Origin: a virus
Length of the DNA stretch: 64,000 bases
Strand: one strand, 5' to 3'
IMG/VR virus record: IMGVR_UViG_3300047091_000002
Coordinates: 55,488-119,487 of that record
Part shown: positions 1 to 10,188 of the stretch, piece by piece
How the letters are laid out: each line of letters begins with the position of its first letter
Position numbering within the stretch: position 1 is the first letter of the stretch
Translations under genes and position numbers: made by a program
Notes under the pieces: generated by a model
What the model saw: the letters and a program-made list of their open reading frames with translations, nothing else
Databases searched by the model: none
Told to the model about the DNA's origin: nothing

Positions 1-1221
1 TATTCCAGTAATAGTAGCTAAGACAGTAGATCCAGCATCCGCATTTAATAGACTTTCTGCTATTGTTACTTGCAATCCACCGGGGGTAAATTGAGCTAAC
101 CAATTGTACGAATATTGAATTGTGCCAGAAGGTGCGGGACCTCCTTGCATAAATGGTGTTGCCTGAGAAAAAGTTGCTCCTCCTACTACTGCACCCATCG
201 AGCCTGGGTTTACTGAAACTCCTAATACAGTGATATTATTTCTACCAATAAATCCGCATACTACGCCTGATCCAGTATTATGAATATCCGATACTTCAAC
301 AGTAGTGGGATAGTGAATAGGAGTTATTTTCGGTAAGGTAGTTTCATCAGTAGCACCTATATCCCCACCATCCATTGAGACATTAAGTAACTCGGCAGCA
401 TCAAGTCCGTAAGGCGTAGCTCCTAATTTAAATGATGAATCTAAAGCATCTATCTCTCTAAATTCCATTACAGTAGAGTTAGGACCACCGGCAACATTTC
501 CCTTAATTCTTTGGTAATTGATTATTTGCTCAGAAGGAACAATAGGTTCTTTAAACGGTGAAAAATCGTGATCATCTTTATCTACTGAAAGTCCCGATAT
601 GCCAAAACTCGATTCATAATTAGCAGTAATTCCCAATCCACCGGGACTAGATGGATCTAATATAGCGATATAATTACCGGCAGCTACATTTTGTTGTCTT
701 AATATATCCGATAATTTGCCAAAATCCTCTGTATTAAGATATGGTACGCTATTACCATCAACTATATTGGTTACAACTAACGTAGAATCAAGAAGTGGAA
801 TAAGAGTTCTTAAAATCTCCCCAGATGTAGATTCAATAAATTCCATCTTCGGAAGAGGAATTCTATCGCAAGCCGTCAATCTATCAATTAAATCATACGT
901 ATAAACAACGATAGGTGCGGAAGCCGCTCCAGCATAAAAAGTAGTCTGGGTAGTTACGGGAATCATTTGAAACACCTCTCCCGTAGGAACTACTATACTG
1001 AATGCACTTTGAACTCCCGGAGCGGCTTCTGGATTATCGGTAGCATCAATCATTACAGAAGCTACAGCACCTAATCCTTTTCTTACGGTTAATTGAAATT
1101 TCTCCCACACGACGGAATGAGAAAAATCCGAGTTTCCACCAATTAACCGAAGATCGGTCTTTGTACTAGCCGTTGCTCCATACAGAGCAACTCCATATTT
1201 TTTCGTGTTATATTTCGCCAT
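1..1221 (-). CDS. Tail protein (baseplate hub/Tal-like), runs off the left window edge
   Basis: Not in ORF track because truncated; ATG at 1221 reads MAKYNTKKYGVALYG... open to position 1; beta/Gly-rich; lies downstream of the tape measure gene. Confidence 0.6.
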   Translation of the reverse strand, partial: MAKYNTKKYGVALYGATASTKTDLRLIGGNSDFSHSVVWEKFQLTVRKGLGAVASVMIDATDNPEAAPGVQSAFSIVVPTGEVFQMIPVTTQTTFYAGAASAPIVVYTYDLIDRLTACDRIPLPKMEFIESTSGEILRTLIPLLDSTLVVTNIVDGNSVPYLNTEDFGKLSDILRQQNVAAGNYIAILDPSSPGGLGITANYESSFGISGLSVDKDDHDFSPFKEPIVPSEQIINYQRIKGNVAGGPNSTVMEFREIDALDSSFKLGATPYGLDAAELLNVSMDGGDIGATDETTLPKITPIHYPTTVEVSDIHNTGSGVVCGFIGRNNITVLGVSVNPGSMGAVVGGATFSQATPFMQGGPAPSGTIQYSYNWLAQFTPGGLQVTIAESLLNADAGSTVLATITGI

Positions 1222-1235
1222 ACAAGATTAATTAT

Positions 1236-1853
1236 TTAAAATTTCACAAACAATCCAACTTTACCACCATACGATTCTCCAATGTAGTGCTTACTAGGAT
1301 CGAATGTAGCGACAAATCTAGCTATAGAAACTCTGCCCGAACTATAAAATCCTATATTACCTATTATAGGTTTAAAATATTCTACAACTACTGTCATACC
1401 CTTCAATGAATTCGGATCAGCTAGGGTCCCGCGTATAGGTCCAAGAAAGCTAAGAGTTCCTACAAAATCACTTGCTTTAATTCCTATTCCTACTGAATCA
1501 CGAGATACGGTTTTGGTGTACTTGGAATTTCTATGGCTTGTAATTGATCCACTTCCTAATATAAATATATTATCGGTTAGATAGAACCTAGCACCTATTC
1601 CACATACTAAAGTATGCCCATCAGATAAGAAAGTTTTTTCTGATGCCAACCACTCAGTATTAAGGATGCCTTCCCAACGAGGTGAGAATTTATAATATCC
1701 TGTTAAACTAGCCCCGCTGGTAGGTGCTTTATAGGAAAATTGAGAATTATCTGCAATATCATATGCAACAACTATTTTAGCTTTCTCCTGCGCTCCGCAA
1801 GAAAGACTAACTAAACATAATAGAATGAAAGAATAAAGAATCTTTCTAAACAT
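1236..1853 (-). CDS. Outer-membrane beta-barrel protein (Lom/Ail/OmpX-like size)
   Basis: N-terminal signal peptide MFRKILYSFILLCLVSLSCGA, alternating amphipathic strands, C-terminal GGKVGLFVKF ending in Phe (BamA beta-signal-like). Confidence 0.65.
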   Translation of the reverse strand: MFRKILYSFILLCLVSLSCGAQEKAKIVVAYDIADNSQFSYKAPTSGASLTGYYKFSPRWEGILNTEWLASEKTFLSDGHTLVCGIGARFYLTDNIFILGSGSITSHRNSKYTKTVSRDSVGIGIKASDFVGTLSFLGPIRGTLADPNSLKGMTVVVEYFKPIIGNIGFYSSGRVSIARFVATFDPSKHYIGESYGGKVGLFVKF

Positions 1854-1861
1854 TTTTCTCC

Positions 1862-4800
1862 TTATTGATTTACAGTTCTATACCTTGATAGAAGACTTGG
1901 ATTAATACGTCCCGAAAGTTGTAATTGCTTACTCGCGTCGATCCCAACTTTTTGAGTCTCAACGGGTTGCCCATTTACTCTTAAATTAAGATTAATATCC
2001 TGCGTAGCTCCGATAGAACGAGTTAAACTGGGTAACTTATCAACCACTCCTTGCCAAGCAAGAGCGGCTTGAGTTAGTTTATCCGCTGCAAGTCCTAAAT
2101 CAGCGGCGGAATCTCGACTTAATTTGCGGATGAATTTTTCTATATCGAGCCTTTGGTTAACAAAATCGAGTTTTTGTTTTTCTCCGGCTAACTGATCTTC
2201 TATTTCTTTTTGCTGTTTGCGAAAATCTCTTTCGAGTTCTACAAGACGTTTTCGTTTGCTTTCCGCTTCGGAAACTTTAGGATCGATTCTACCCTCTAAT
2301 AGTATATCTCTCTGACTTTTAGCAAAATCATCGGCACTCTTTTTTAATTGATCAAGCAAATCGGCTTGAGTCTTTTTAATCTCATCCGTAATTTCACCAA
2401 TGGATAGTTTTAAGAAATCTCGAATATCTCCTATAGCATTTAAGGCATCTTGAGGATTTTCAAAAGAATCGAAAAATTCCTTAACTTGTTTTTTAAGATC
2501 CGTTATTTGTTTAGCAAAATCTCTAACATTTGCCGGAAGTTTTAGAAGTTCTAACGCAGTTCTAAAATTATCCTGAACTTCCTTCGCTTTATCTCTAAGA
2601 TTAGCTATCTCATCATTTATATCCTTTGTTATTTGTTTTAACTGATCTGCACCACCTTTACGACCACTTAATTGTCTACGAGCATCTTCAAGTTTTGTCT
2701 GTAATTGTCGTATCCCATCACCTAAACCAATAGCTCCATTAGAGATAGCTTTTTTAAGATCATCTATTCCAGCAGTAATCGCTTCCGCCATCTCTTTGGT
2801 TTTTTGTTTAGCTCTAGCTCCAAAGAAGGAAACGATTCCTCCGACAGTTTCTACTATAGCGCCTATAGTCTTAGCTACTGGATGTGGTATTTGCGATATG
2901 CCACGACCAATAGTAGAAATTATTTGTCCCTTATCTCCGCTTCCTATAGCCCCTATTATATCCGCCGCAACATTTAAAGCTGTAAGAGCAAAAGCACCAA
3001 CTTTTTGTACGACATTTGCTTTTCCGGGCGTGGCAAAACGACCAAGTATATCATCTACACTAGATCCAAATTCACTAGTATCCGCACCATTGAGTAAATC
3101 TCCCCCGATACTAGGCGTAACTCTTCTAGGTCTTGTTTCTTCTCCAGATACAACTTGCTTAAATCCTAAAGCTGCTTTAATTATTATATCTAGAAATTGA
3201 TTTCCAGTAACTAAAAGCCTATCATCGAAGTTTTTTCCAGCATTTTCTATTGTTCCAGCAGCTTTCTCTAATGCCTCCGCCGGAGATTTAGGTCTTCCAC
3301 GCTTGGAAAGAGTTTCTAATAAGTTCGCAAGTCCTTCAAATACACCGGATAATTTATTAAAAGGAAGTCCCTTAAATTTCTTAGTAAACTCGTCAAATTC
3401 TGGGTCCGGTAAAGACTTGATAGCATCAGCAACTTTTCTAAGTCCTTGAGATGTAAGAAATAAGGGGTTAGAAAGTTCAAAAGCACGATTCTTTAATTCA
3501 AATAATTTCTCATTCAAATCATCTATTTGAGATTTAAGATCTAGTTGTTTACGAGCTACTTCTGGATTTTGATTCGCGGTCCCAACATTAGGAAATTCAG
3601 TATTTAATCTCTGTTGTAATCCTGCTTTTTGTTGTTCAAGTAATTGAAGTCTTTCCTGAGTTATTCTAAGTAACGCATTACGAGATTCATTCTCATTTAA
3701 AATCCCGATCTCTTTTTGCTTTTCAACAATACGTTCTATAATGTCAAGTCGCTTAAGATCGAATTCGTTTAATTCATTTTGGAGTTTTAACTGATCTAGC
3801 TGGATGTCTCTTTGCTCTACAAGATGCTTTAATAGCGCTACAGCGCTCTCTCTGCGATTTTTATCAAGTTCTAATAGTAACTCAGCCTTCTTACTTTGAT
3901 CAACATTTAAATCGATTAGAACCTGCGTAGCTTCTGCAACCTGTTTGACTTTTTCAGGATCGAGTTTTAGCTGACCACCAACAGTTATTATTGAAGCTTG
4001 GAGATCTACAATCTGCCGCTGTATTTCTCGTCCTTGGTTGGCTAGATCATCAAGAATAGCCTTACTTGCTTTCGGAGAAGTAGCACGTTTCTTATCTAAA
4101 TCAACTAATTTAGTTTTTAATTCTGCAATTTTATCTGCAATTTGAAAGAATAAATCAAAGCCTCCAGCAGAATTAAAGAATTGAGTAAATTCATCTTCGG
4201 AAGTAAGTTTCTGAACTCCAATTGCTTCCTTAAAGGAGCCTACAAGATTTTTGATTCGTTCTCTGGCAGTTAGAATTTCTTGTTCAAAATCAGCGTTTAG
4301 AAAAGGAAATAATTGTTCCTTTAACTGCTGTTCTCTTATTTCTCTTTGTTTTTTACTCGCCTCGAATTGCGCTTGCTCGTTTTGTCCACCACTGAATATA
4401 CCTAATCCAAATAAAATATCGGTGATTTGAGCGCGAGATTGTTCTGCTCTATTAAGTAATTCAAAATTGGCATCAACCTCTTTTTTCTTTAGATCAAGTC
4501 TTTCCTTTGTAGCTTTACGAACTGTATCCGTAATTTGATCTTCGGCTTTTCCTAAATCTTCTACTCTTTTAATAAAAACATCTATCTTTTCGCCAGTTAA
4601 CTTCTCGAAAGATTCTAAGTCTCTATCTCGAAGATCGGTTTTCTTTTTGTCTTTCTTTTTATCTCTTGGACCTTGTTTTTGATCTGCGATTAATTTAGCA
4701 AAACCAATGTTTGCATCAATTAACTCTTGTCTAGCTCTCGAAACTTGATCATTAAGATTAAAGGCATTCTCTATCAGTTGAGATTCAAACTCCGATGCTG

Positions 4801-7573
4801 CTTGAAAAGGAATCTCTCCTGCCTGCGCTAATTCCTGAATAATTTTACGACGGCGATTTACGTATCTCTCGGATTCTTTCTCGACTAAATCTCCAACTTT
4901 TTTAAGTAAAGAAAGTTGTCTCTCTACTTCCTTTAAGAAATCGGAAAGTTGATCTCGCTCTCCACCTTTTTTCTTTTTCCCTTCTGTAGATGGAAGTTTG
5001 GTAGGAGTTTTTAACAAAGAGGCTATAACAGTTTTCTTGCGCTCTAAATCAGCAATCTCTTCTTCTGTTTTAGCTTGCGCTATTTGGGCTGCAAGCGCAG
5101 CGTCGGCATTAAGAAAAAATGCCCCACTTGTTGCTGCAAGTGCTACTGCTAATTGCTGTTCAGCAAAGATTTTTTGTTTTGTTGCAATCGTACTATCAAT
5201 AGTAGCAATTGATTGTTTAACTATCTGGGCAGTAGTATATCCCGTAGCTTGGGATAATAAATTAAGTCGATTGATTGCCTCTGTTCTTTCTAATCCAGAA
5301 ATTTGAAGTATTTTATTATATTCTCGTAATTTAATGGTGGCATCATCACCAAGGGCATTTGCCCCACGAAGTTCTACTCTATATTCCTCTAGTATTTTTT
5401 GATTTTTAGCTAATTCACCAGCCTGATTCTCAAAAGATTTATTACTAAAATTTATAAGCTCAGCAAGTTTTTGGATTTCAGGATTAAAATCCTTAACTTT
5501 TTCTAGAAATGCTTCTGGATTTTTTAATATTTCATCAAATGTAACACCGAGCGCCTGCCCCGCTATTTTAAGATCTTCAATAGTCTTTTGAAATTTTTCT
5601 ATATCGGCTTGATCAAGTGCAGATCCTAGTGTTTCTTTTGGATCTATGATAGGTTTTCTGGAAAGAAAATTTTCAAGTTCATCTTTTAAATTTTTAGTTT
5701 TCTTTGCAAAATCCGAATTAATTAATCTTCCAAATGCATCTGCTTGTTTTTGTGTCCTAGCACTTAATTTTTCAAGAGCTTGGTCAATATCTTCAAGTCC
5801 CTTTTTAGTTAATTTACCCGTTTCAAGCGCTTTAACAGTAGAATCATCAAGTAATTGAAGAAGCGTATCTCGAAGTTTAATTAATTCCTGCTCTTGTTCT
5901 TTAGTTCTATTTTTTATATCCGAGAGAGCTTTTAATTCAAGCGCCTCATTTAAGATATTATAAGATTTAGCTAAATCACTTATATGTTGCTCGCTTTTTT
6001 GAAGTTGTTTATCTAATTCTTCTTCGCCTTTTCTTCGTTCATCGGCACTGCCTGACCATTCATCAATAAGACTTTTAATAAATATTATTGCCGCTATAAT
6101 TAATGCTGCTCTACTTAAAAACCCCACTATAGCAGTTGTGACTACCCTTGTTCCTGCTGCAACACCAATTAAAGCAGCCTGAGAACCTTTCATAGCAGCA
6201 GCATAAGCTAATTGTCCGGCAGTAGCCGCCTCTGTAGCAGTGGCACCGGCTGCGAGCGCAGCAGTTTCAGCTTCCGTTAGCGCAGTTAAAGCCCCTGTTT
6301 GAATCACAACTTGCTTAATGGCCTCTGCATAAGCAAGTTTTGCAGATGTTATAATACCTAAAGGTGCCCGAAGTCTTATTAAAGATGCAAATACTCCATT
6401 AATTAAGCCAGTAAAAATTTTTATAATTAGAATAAACGATACAAAATTTGCAAGTGGACCACTTACTAAAGTTGAAAGTGTTCTAAGAAATGCGTTAAGA
6501 ACCTTTAACAGGGTCCCAAGACTTATTACTCCAGTATCGAGTCTTTCTCCAAATGCGGTAAACAGATTAACTAATTCTCTAATTACCCCTCTAACATCCG
6601 GCAATAATTTGGTTAAAGCATCTTGGATCTTATTTACATCTTTATTAAATACGGCACTGAAAGGACTGAAGGAATTATCATCATTAATAAATTTATCTCG
6701 AATGTTAATTAATTCTCTTCGTAATGTTTCAAATATAGGTTGAACTGCTCTAGCCCCACCTATTTGAAAAATATCCGCAATAGATGCCTTAACATTGATA
6801 AAATTATCCGAAACTTCTTTAGCTAATGCTCCGAAAGATCGAGTTTTAGCTTCGATGAATTCAAATACTGTTCCAGTGCGTATCGCTTCTTTTAATAATT
6901 TTCTTTGCTCTGCGGTAACTAAACCAAGATTTCTTCCTAGTTGATTGGTTGCTCGAACTGTGCCCGTAAGAATCTGAGCAATGGATGTTCCTACCTTACT
7001 CTGCTCTATGCCAAAAGCACCTGCCGCTAGAACAAGTCTTTTGGTGATTATCTCTATTTGTTCTTGGGAAAGTCCTATTTGCTGTCCCACTGCTAACGCA
7101 GTTTGTAGAGTTTGAACATATTCTTTAGTGGTAGTTACAGTTTGAACTGCCGAAATTTGTGCAGCTTGAAAAAGTCGTTCGGATTCTATTCTTAAGGCGG
7201 CTAAAAGATCAGGAGTTAATTGTCCTTTTCTTTCTGCTATTGGTGCAGCTAAAATAGCTACGAAGGATGTTGAAAGTCTTTGGAATTCAGCGGCATTTCC
7301 TATACTCTCCTTTAAAAGAGTGTTGAATAATCTTAAAGCGCCGAATACGCCTGCCGCACCTAATCCAATTCCTAAAGCAGCTAAAAATCTACCTCCAAAT
7401 CTAGTTACAGAATTTCCAAGTGTGTTAAAACCTTGAGAAGCTGCAATAGCACCTTGCTTCACAGAGACTAATCGTATGTTACCCTGCTGAAGACTTCCCA
7501 ACATTTGATTCATAGCGCCAATGAATTGTTGGGCATTGCCTACAAAATTGAAAGTAACTGTGAAATTAGCCAA
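1862..7573 (-). CDS. Tape measure protein
   Basis: 1903 aa, Ala/Gly/Leu-rich helical, tape-measure-like N-terminal domain, long coiled coils, downstream of tail tube and chaperones; TTG start. Confidence 0.92.
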   Translation of the reverse strand: MANFTVTFNFVGNAQQFIGAMNQMLGSLQQGNIRLVSVKQGAIAASQGFNTLGNSVTRFGGRFLAALGIGLGAAGVFGALRLFNTLLKESIGNAAEFQRLSTSFVAILAAPIAERKGQLTPDLLAALRIESERLFQAAQISAVQTVTTTKEYVQTLQTALAVGQQIGLSQEQIEIITKRLVLAAGAFGIEQSKVGTSIAQILTGTVRATNQLGRNLGLVTAEQRKLLKEAIRTGTVFEFIEAKTRSFGALAKEVSDNFINVKASIADIFQIGGARAVQPIFETLRRELINIRDKFINDDNSFSPFSAVFNKDVNKIQDALTKLLPDVRGVIRELVNLFTAFGERLDTGVISLGTLLKVLNAFLRTLSTLVSGPLANFVSFILIIKIFTGLINGVFASLIRLRAPLGIITSAKLAYAEAIKQVVIQTGALTALTEAETAALAAGATATEAATAGQLAYAAAMKGSQAALIGVAAGTRVVTTAIVGFLSRAALIIAAIIFIKSLIDEWSGSADERRKGEEELDKQLQKSEQHISDLAKSYNILNEALELKALSDIKNRTKEQEQELIKLRDTLLQLLDDSTVKALETGKLTKKGLEDIDQALEKLSARTQKQADAFGRLINSDFAKKTKNLKDELENFLSRKPIIDPKETLGSALDQADIEKFQKTIEDLKIAGQALGVTFDEILKNPEAFLEKVKDFNPEIQKLAELINFSNKSFENQAGELAKNQKILEEYRVELRGANALGDDATIKLREYNKILQISGLERTEAINRLNLLSQATGYTTAQIVKQSIATIDSTIATKQKIFAEQQLAVALAATSGAFFLNADAALAAQIAQAKTEEEIADLERKKTVIASLLKTPTKLPSTEGKKKKGGERDQLSDFLKEVERQLSLLKKVGDLVEKESERYVNRRRKIIQELAQAGEIPFQAASEFESQLIENAFNLNDQVSRARQELIDANIGFAKLIADQKQGPRDKKKDKKKTDLRDRDLESFEKLTGEKIDVFIKRVEDLGKAEDQITDTVRKATKERLDLKKKEVDANFELLNRAEQSRAQITDILFGLGIFSGGQNEQAQFEASKKQREIREQQLKEQLFPFLNADFEQEILTARERIKNLVGSFKEAIGVQKLTSEDEFTQFFNSAGGFDLFFQIADKIAELKTKLVDLDKKRATSPKASKAILDDLANQGREIQRQIVDLQASIITVGGQLKLDPEKVKQVAEATQVLIDLNVDQSKKAELLLELDKNRRESAVALLKHLVEQRDIQLDQLKLQNELNEFDLKRLDIIERIVEKQKEIGILNENESRNALLRITQERLQLLEQQKAGLQQRLNTEFPNVGTANQNPEVARKQLDLKSQIDDLNEKLFELKNRAFELSNPLFLTSQGLRKVADAIKSLPDPEFDEFTKKFKGLPFNKLSGVFEGLANLLETLSKRGRPKSPAEALEKAAGTIENAGKNFDDRLLVTGNQFLDIIIKAALGFKQVVSGEETRPRRVTPSIGGDLLNGADTSEFGSSVDDILGRFATPGKANVVQKVGAFALTALNVAADIIGAIGSGDKGQIISTIGRGISQIPHPVAKTIGAIVETVGGIVSFFGARAKQKTKEMAEAITAGIDDLKKAISNGAIGLGDGIRQLQTKLEDARRQLSGRKGGADQLKQITKDINDEIANLRDKAKEVQDNFRTALELLKLPANVRDFAKQITDLKKQVKEFFDSFENPQDALNAIGDIRDFLKLSIGEITDEIKKTQADLLDQLKKSADDFAKSQRDILLEGRIDPKVSEAESKRKRLVELERDFRKQQKEIEDQLAGEKQKLDFVNQRLDIEKFIRKLSRDSAADLGLAADKLTQAALAWQGVVDKLPSLTRSIGATQDINLNLRVNGQPVETQKVGIDASKQLQLSGRINPSLLSRYRTVNQ

Positions 7574-8734
7574 TTATATAATGACTCCGATATTCGCTAA
7601 AAAGGTTTGAAAGTTAGGATCCGCTAGAAGAACGAATCCGCCTCTAACAGTTCCACCTGATGCTGGCGGTAGGGCAGCCAAAGCACCTCCAGAATAAATT
7701 GCTTTGAATCTTAATGTAGATTTCCTAGAAGGAGATGCTTGAATATAAGGAACAACTTGGTCTTTTCCTACTCCTAAAAATATTCCTGAAATAATAGACC
7801 AATTAGGAAGTCTAATTAATTTATTCCAAAATGGATCATTCGGTTGAATACTTGACGGGCCTTGAGCATTTAAATTACCAAGAGCTAAACCCTGACTCAA
7901 ATTAGGAATTAAGCCCTTTATCTGTCTCAAAGTACCGCCTATAACAGTTTTTAATTGCGCTTGGGTCCCTGCAACTTGAGCAACTTTCAGCAATTGGGCA
8001 TGATTAATTCTTCCTTTTTGAGTTATACTCGTAATAACTCGTCTTGCTCCAAAACTATTTTCTAGATCTTGTTGATTGGTATTGATCGGAGAAATAGGAA
8101 TTGGAGAAGTTCCAGATCTAAGAACTGGAATATCTTTTGGATTAGGAGAACTTCCTCCAACTATAGATAATTGAATTCCTATTCCGCGATCAACACCGCC
8201 GGATTTCTTAAATTTCGTACTGGCCCGTGTAGTTCTAAAATTCTTTTTTATTCTCCCAGCAGTAAATGATCTTGTAATTATTGGATTAGCCCGTGAAATA
8301 GGATTATTTCTAGGTAAAACATCTTTATCGTCCGTAGAAGTATTTGCCCAAGCTCCAAATAAAGATTGAACTTCTTGATCTAGTTGGGCCTGAACGGCGG
8401 CGTTACCTCGTGTGATTATATCATATCCTTTAGCTGCCCTAACTCCAAAAGAAAGATTAAGATCAGGACTTGTAGTGATAAATGCTAATGCTTTTCCTTT
8501 CGGAGCAGCAAAAGATTTTCTTCCGGTATTTACTGCATCAAAATAAAAGAAATTTCCTCCTCCTTTTTCGGATGACGCGGCCCAATTATCCATTTTTAAA
8601 CCAAAATTTACCGTGGGTTTATTAAATACCGAGCCGATATTCTTTTTATGCTCATCTATTAATTTCTTAAAGAATGCTGTCCATTCTGGTAGATTGGATA
8701 CAACTGAAAATAAAGGACCATTGAAAGTTGGCAT
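7574..8734 (-). CDS. Uncharacterised basic protein in tail operon (possible tail completion/morphogenesis protein)
   Basis: 386-aa ORF between chaperones and tape measure; no recognisable motif. Confidence 0.5.
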   Translation of the reverse strand: MPTFNGPLFSVVSNLPEWTAFFKKLIDEHKKNIGSVFNKPTVNFGLKMDNWAASSEKGGGNFFYFDAVNTGRKSFAAPKGKALAFITTSPDLNLSFGVRAAKGYDIITRGNAAVQAQLDQEVQSLFGAWANTSTDDKDVLPRNNPISRANPIITRSFTAGRIKKNFRTTRASTKFKKSGGVDRGIGIQLSIVGGSSPNPKDIPVLRSGTSPIPISPINTNQQDLENSFGARRVITSITQKGRINHAQLLKVAQVAGTQAQLKTVIGGTLRQIKGLIPNLSQGLALGNLNAQGPSSIQPNDPFWNKLIRLPNWSIISGIFLGVGKDQVVPYIQASPSRKSTLRFKAIYSGGALAALPPASGGTVRGGFVLLADPNFQTFLANIGVII

Positions 8735-8736
8735 TT

Positions 8737-9483
8737 TTATGTACCTAAATGTTGTTGACTGTATCTTCCAGCACGATCTGGTCCCATTTCATCAAAGGAT
8801 TTCCATTTACGCCCCTCGAAAAATATTTCATCCTCAGTTCCATGAGAAGATTCACTCCCAGAACTAGATTCATCTTTAGCTTTCTTATAAGCCCAAGCAG
8901 ATGATTGTCCTTTTAAATAAACTTGTGGGACGGTAGTTTCTAATGCCTCTGACCGAGAACAATGATAAGCTGATTGAAGTCGTTCAATTAAACATTCGGG
9001 ATTGTCGTCAGATGGATCGGGTTCTCTCTGTTTCTCTTCATCATCCGGGTGTGGAAATAACTTTCTTATTCTTCCTATTTCAAAGTTATGCACCCATTGT
9101 TGTAGAGTAGCATTAAGCAGTGCCAAAGGATTCTTAAAATTTACGGCATTTTCTAAAGAAGTATTTAGCGATAATGCTCCGCATCTTGGTAAGGTATCAA
9201 GTAAAATAGATCGAACTTCTACCTTATATACCTCCAGAAAATCTAATAAAGGTAATTCACTATCTACAAATAATTTATATAGTTCTTCTAAAGGTGAAAT
9301 AGCAGAACGAAATCTCTCTAGATTACCCAATCCAAGATGCAGAATTGGCAAATAAGAGCCATTTATACACGCATATCTATTTGCCAAATCAGGAGTATTA
9401 AGTAATAATCTAGCCTTATCCTGTGCAGTTAGACTAAGATTGGGCGAGGATTCCGAACTCTTCGATGACACGTTTTGCCTCAC
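8737..9483 (-). CDS. Tail assembly chaperone, downstream (T-like) part
   Basis: Overlaps upstream chaperone by 50 nt; Ser-rich start; YHCSRSEALETTVPQVYL resembles gpT-like motif. Confidence 0.6.
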   Translation of the reverse strand: MRQNVSSKSSESSPNLSLTAQDKARLLLNTPDLANRYACINGSYLPILHLGLGNLERFRSAISPLEELYKLFVDSELPLLDFLEVYKVEVRSILLDTLPRCGALSLNTSLENAVNFKNPLALLNATLQQWVHNFEIGRIRKLFPHPDDEEKQREPDPSDDNPECLIERLQSAYHCSRSEALETTVPQVYLKGQSSAWAYKKAKDESSSGSESSHGTEDEIFFEGRKWKSFDEMGPDRAGRYSQQHLGT

Positions 9484-10027
9484 CTATTTCAGCAAATAAG
9501 TTATCTGCCTTAATTTGAAGGAGAACTGCTTTAACTAAATTAGGATTCCAAGGACGCTTTGCCAATCTCATAACTTCCGACTCAGTGATTCTAGGATTAG
9601 TACCACGACATACCATCGCAACTAATTTAGGCAACGTTTCTCCTAATTCACGAACGGCAGATCCCACATCTATTTCATTAAGCAGGGCAACAGTATCGGA
9701 ATCGGTTAAATCAATTTCAACTTTTCCATCTTCGGTAGGTTGACTATTCTGAACTCCGTAATTACCCATAGTTCCTATCAAATTCAAAGCTCTCATAACT
9801 ACAGGAACTACCCCTAAAAGGAATTCACTGGCATCTCGATATACTTGATCGGAGTCATCTTGACGATCTGCAAAAGCTATAACATCAAAATTCAAGTCTC
9901 CTAAATTAAATTTATTGCTAATCACCTCTTCCTCTACAGATGTAAGAAGTTGTTTTCTATATGTAGTAGGAATTGTACCAGTTTCAATGTTTACTTCTTG
10001 TATTCTCGCTTTTCTTTCTCGTGGCAT
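9434..10027 (-). CDS. Tail assembly chaperone (G-like)
   Basis: Acidic 197-aa ORF directly after the tail tube gene; canonical synteny. Confidence 0.65.
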   Translation of the reverse strand: MPRERKARIQEVNIETGTIPTTYRKQLLTSVEEEVISNKFNLGDLNFDVIAFADRQDDSDQVYRDASEFLLGVVPVVMRALNLIGTMGNYGVQNSQPTEDGKVEIDLTDSDTVALLNEIDVGSAVRELGETLPKLVAMVCRGTNPRITESEVMRLAKRPWNPNLVKAVLLQIKADNLFAEIGEAKRVIEEFGILAQS

Positions 10028-10052
10028 TTCTTTCTCCTATAATTAAAAAAAT

Positions 10053-10081
10053 TTGACAAATTGAATTATTTGAGTTATAAT
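10053..10081 (+). promoter_or_regulatory. Consensus sigma70-type promoter facing against the tail operon
   Basis: TTGACA (10053-10058) - 17 nt - TATAAT (10076-10081). Confidence 0.75.
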
Positions 10082-10087
10082 ATTTGC

Positions 10088-10175
10088 AGATTGGGATTAA
10101 ACCAATATTTGGCAGGATTCTTGATGAATTGTACCGGAGAGAGTTACGGGAATTTCCCTCTCCGGTTAATTTTTT
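10088..10175 (+). ncRNA. Candidate small RNA between promoter and terminator
   Basis: About 88 nt between perfect promoter and plus-strand terminator; hairpin ATTGG-GATTAAA-CCAAT; no ORF. Confidence 0.5.
10133..10175 (+). terminator. Intrinsic terminator
   Basis: ACCGGAGAG (10133-10141) pairs with CTCTCCGGT (10158-10166), followed by a T-tract on plus strand only. Confidence 0.65.
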
Positions 10176-10188
10176 ATGAAGTTATGTA

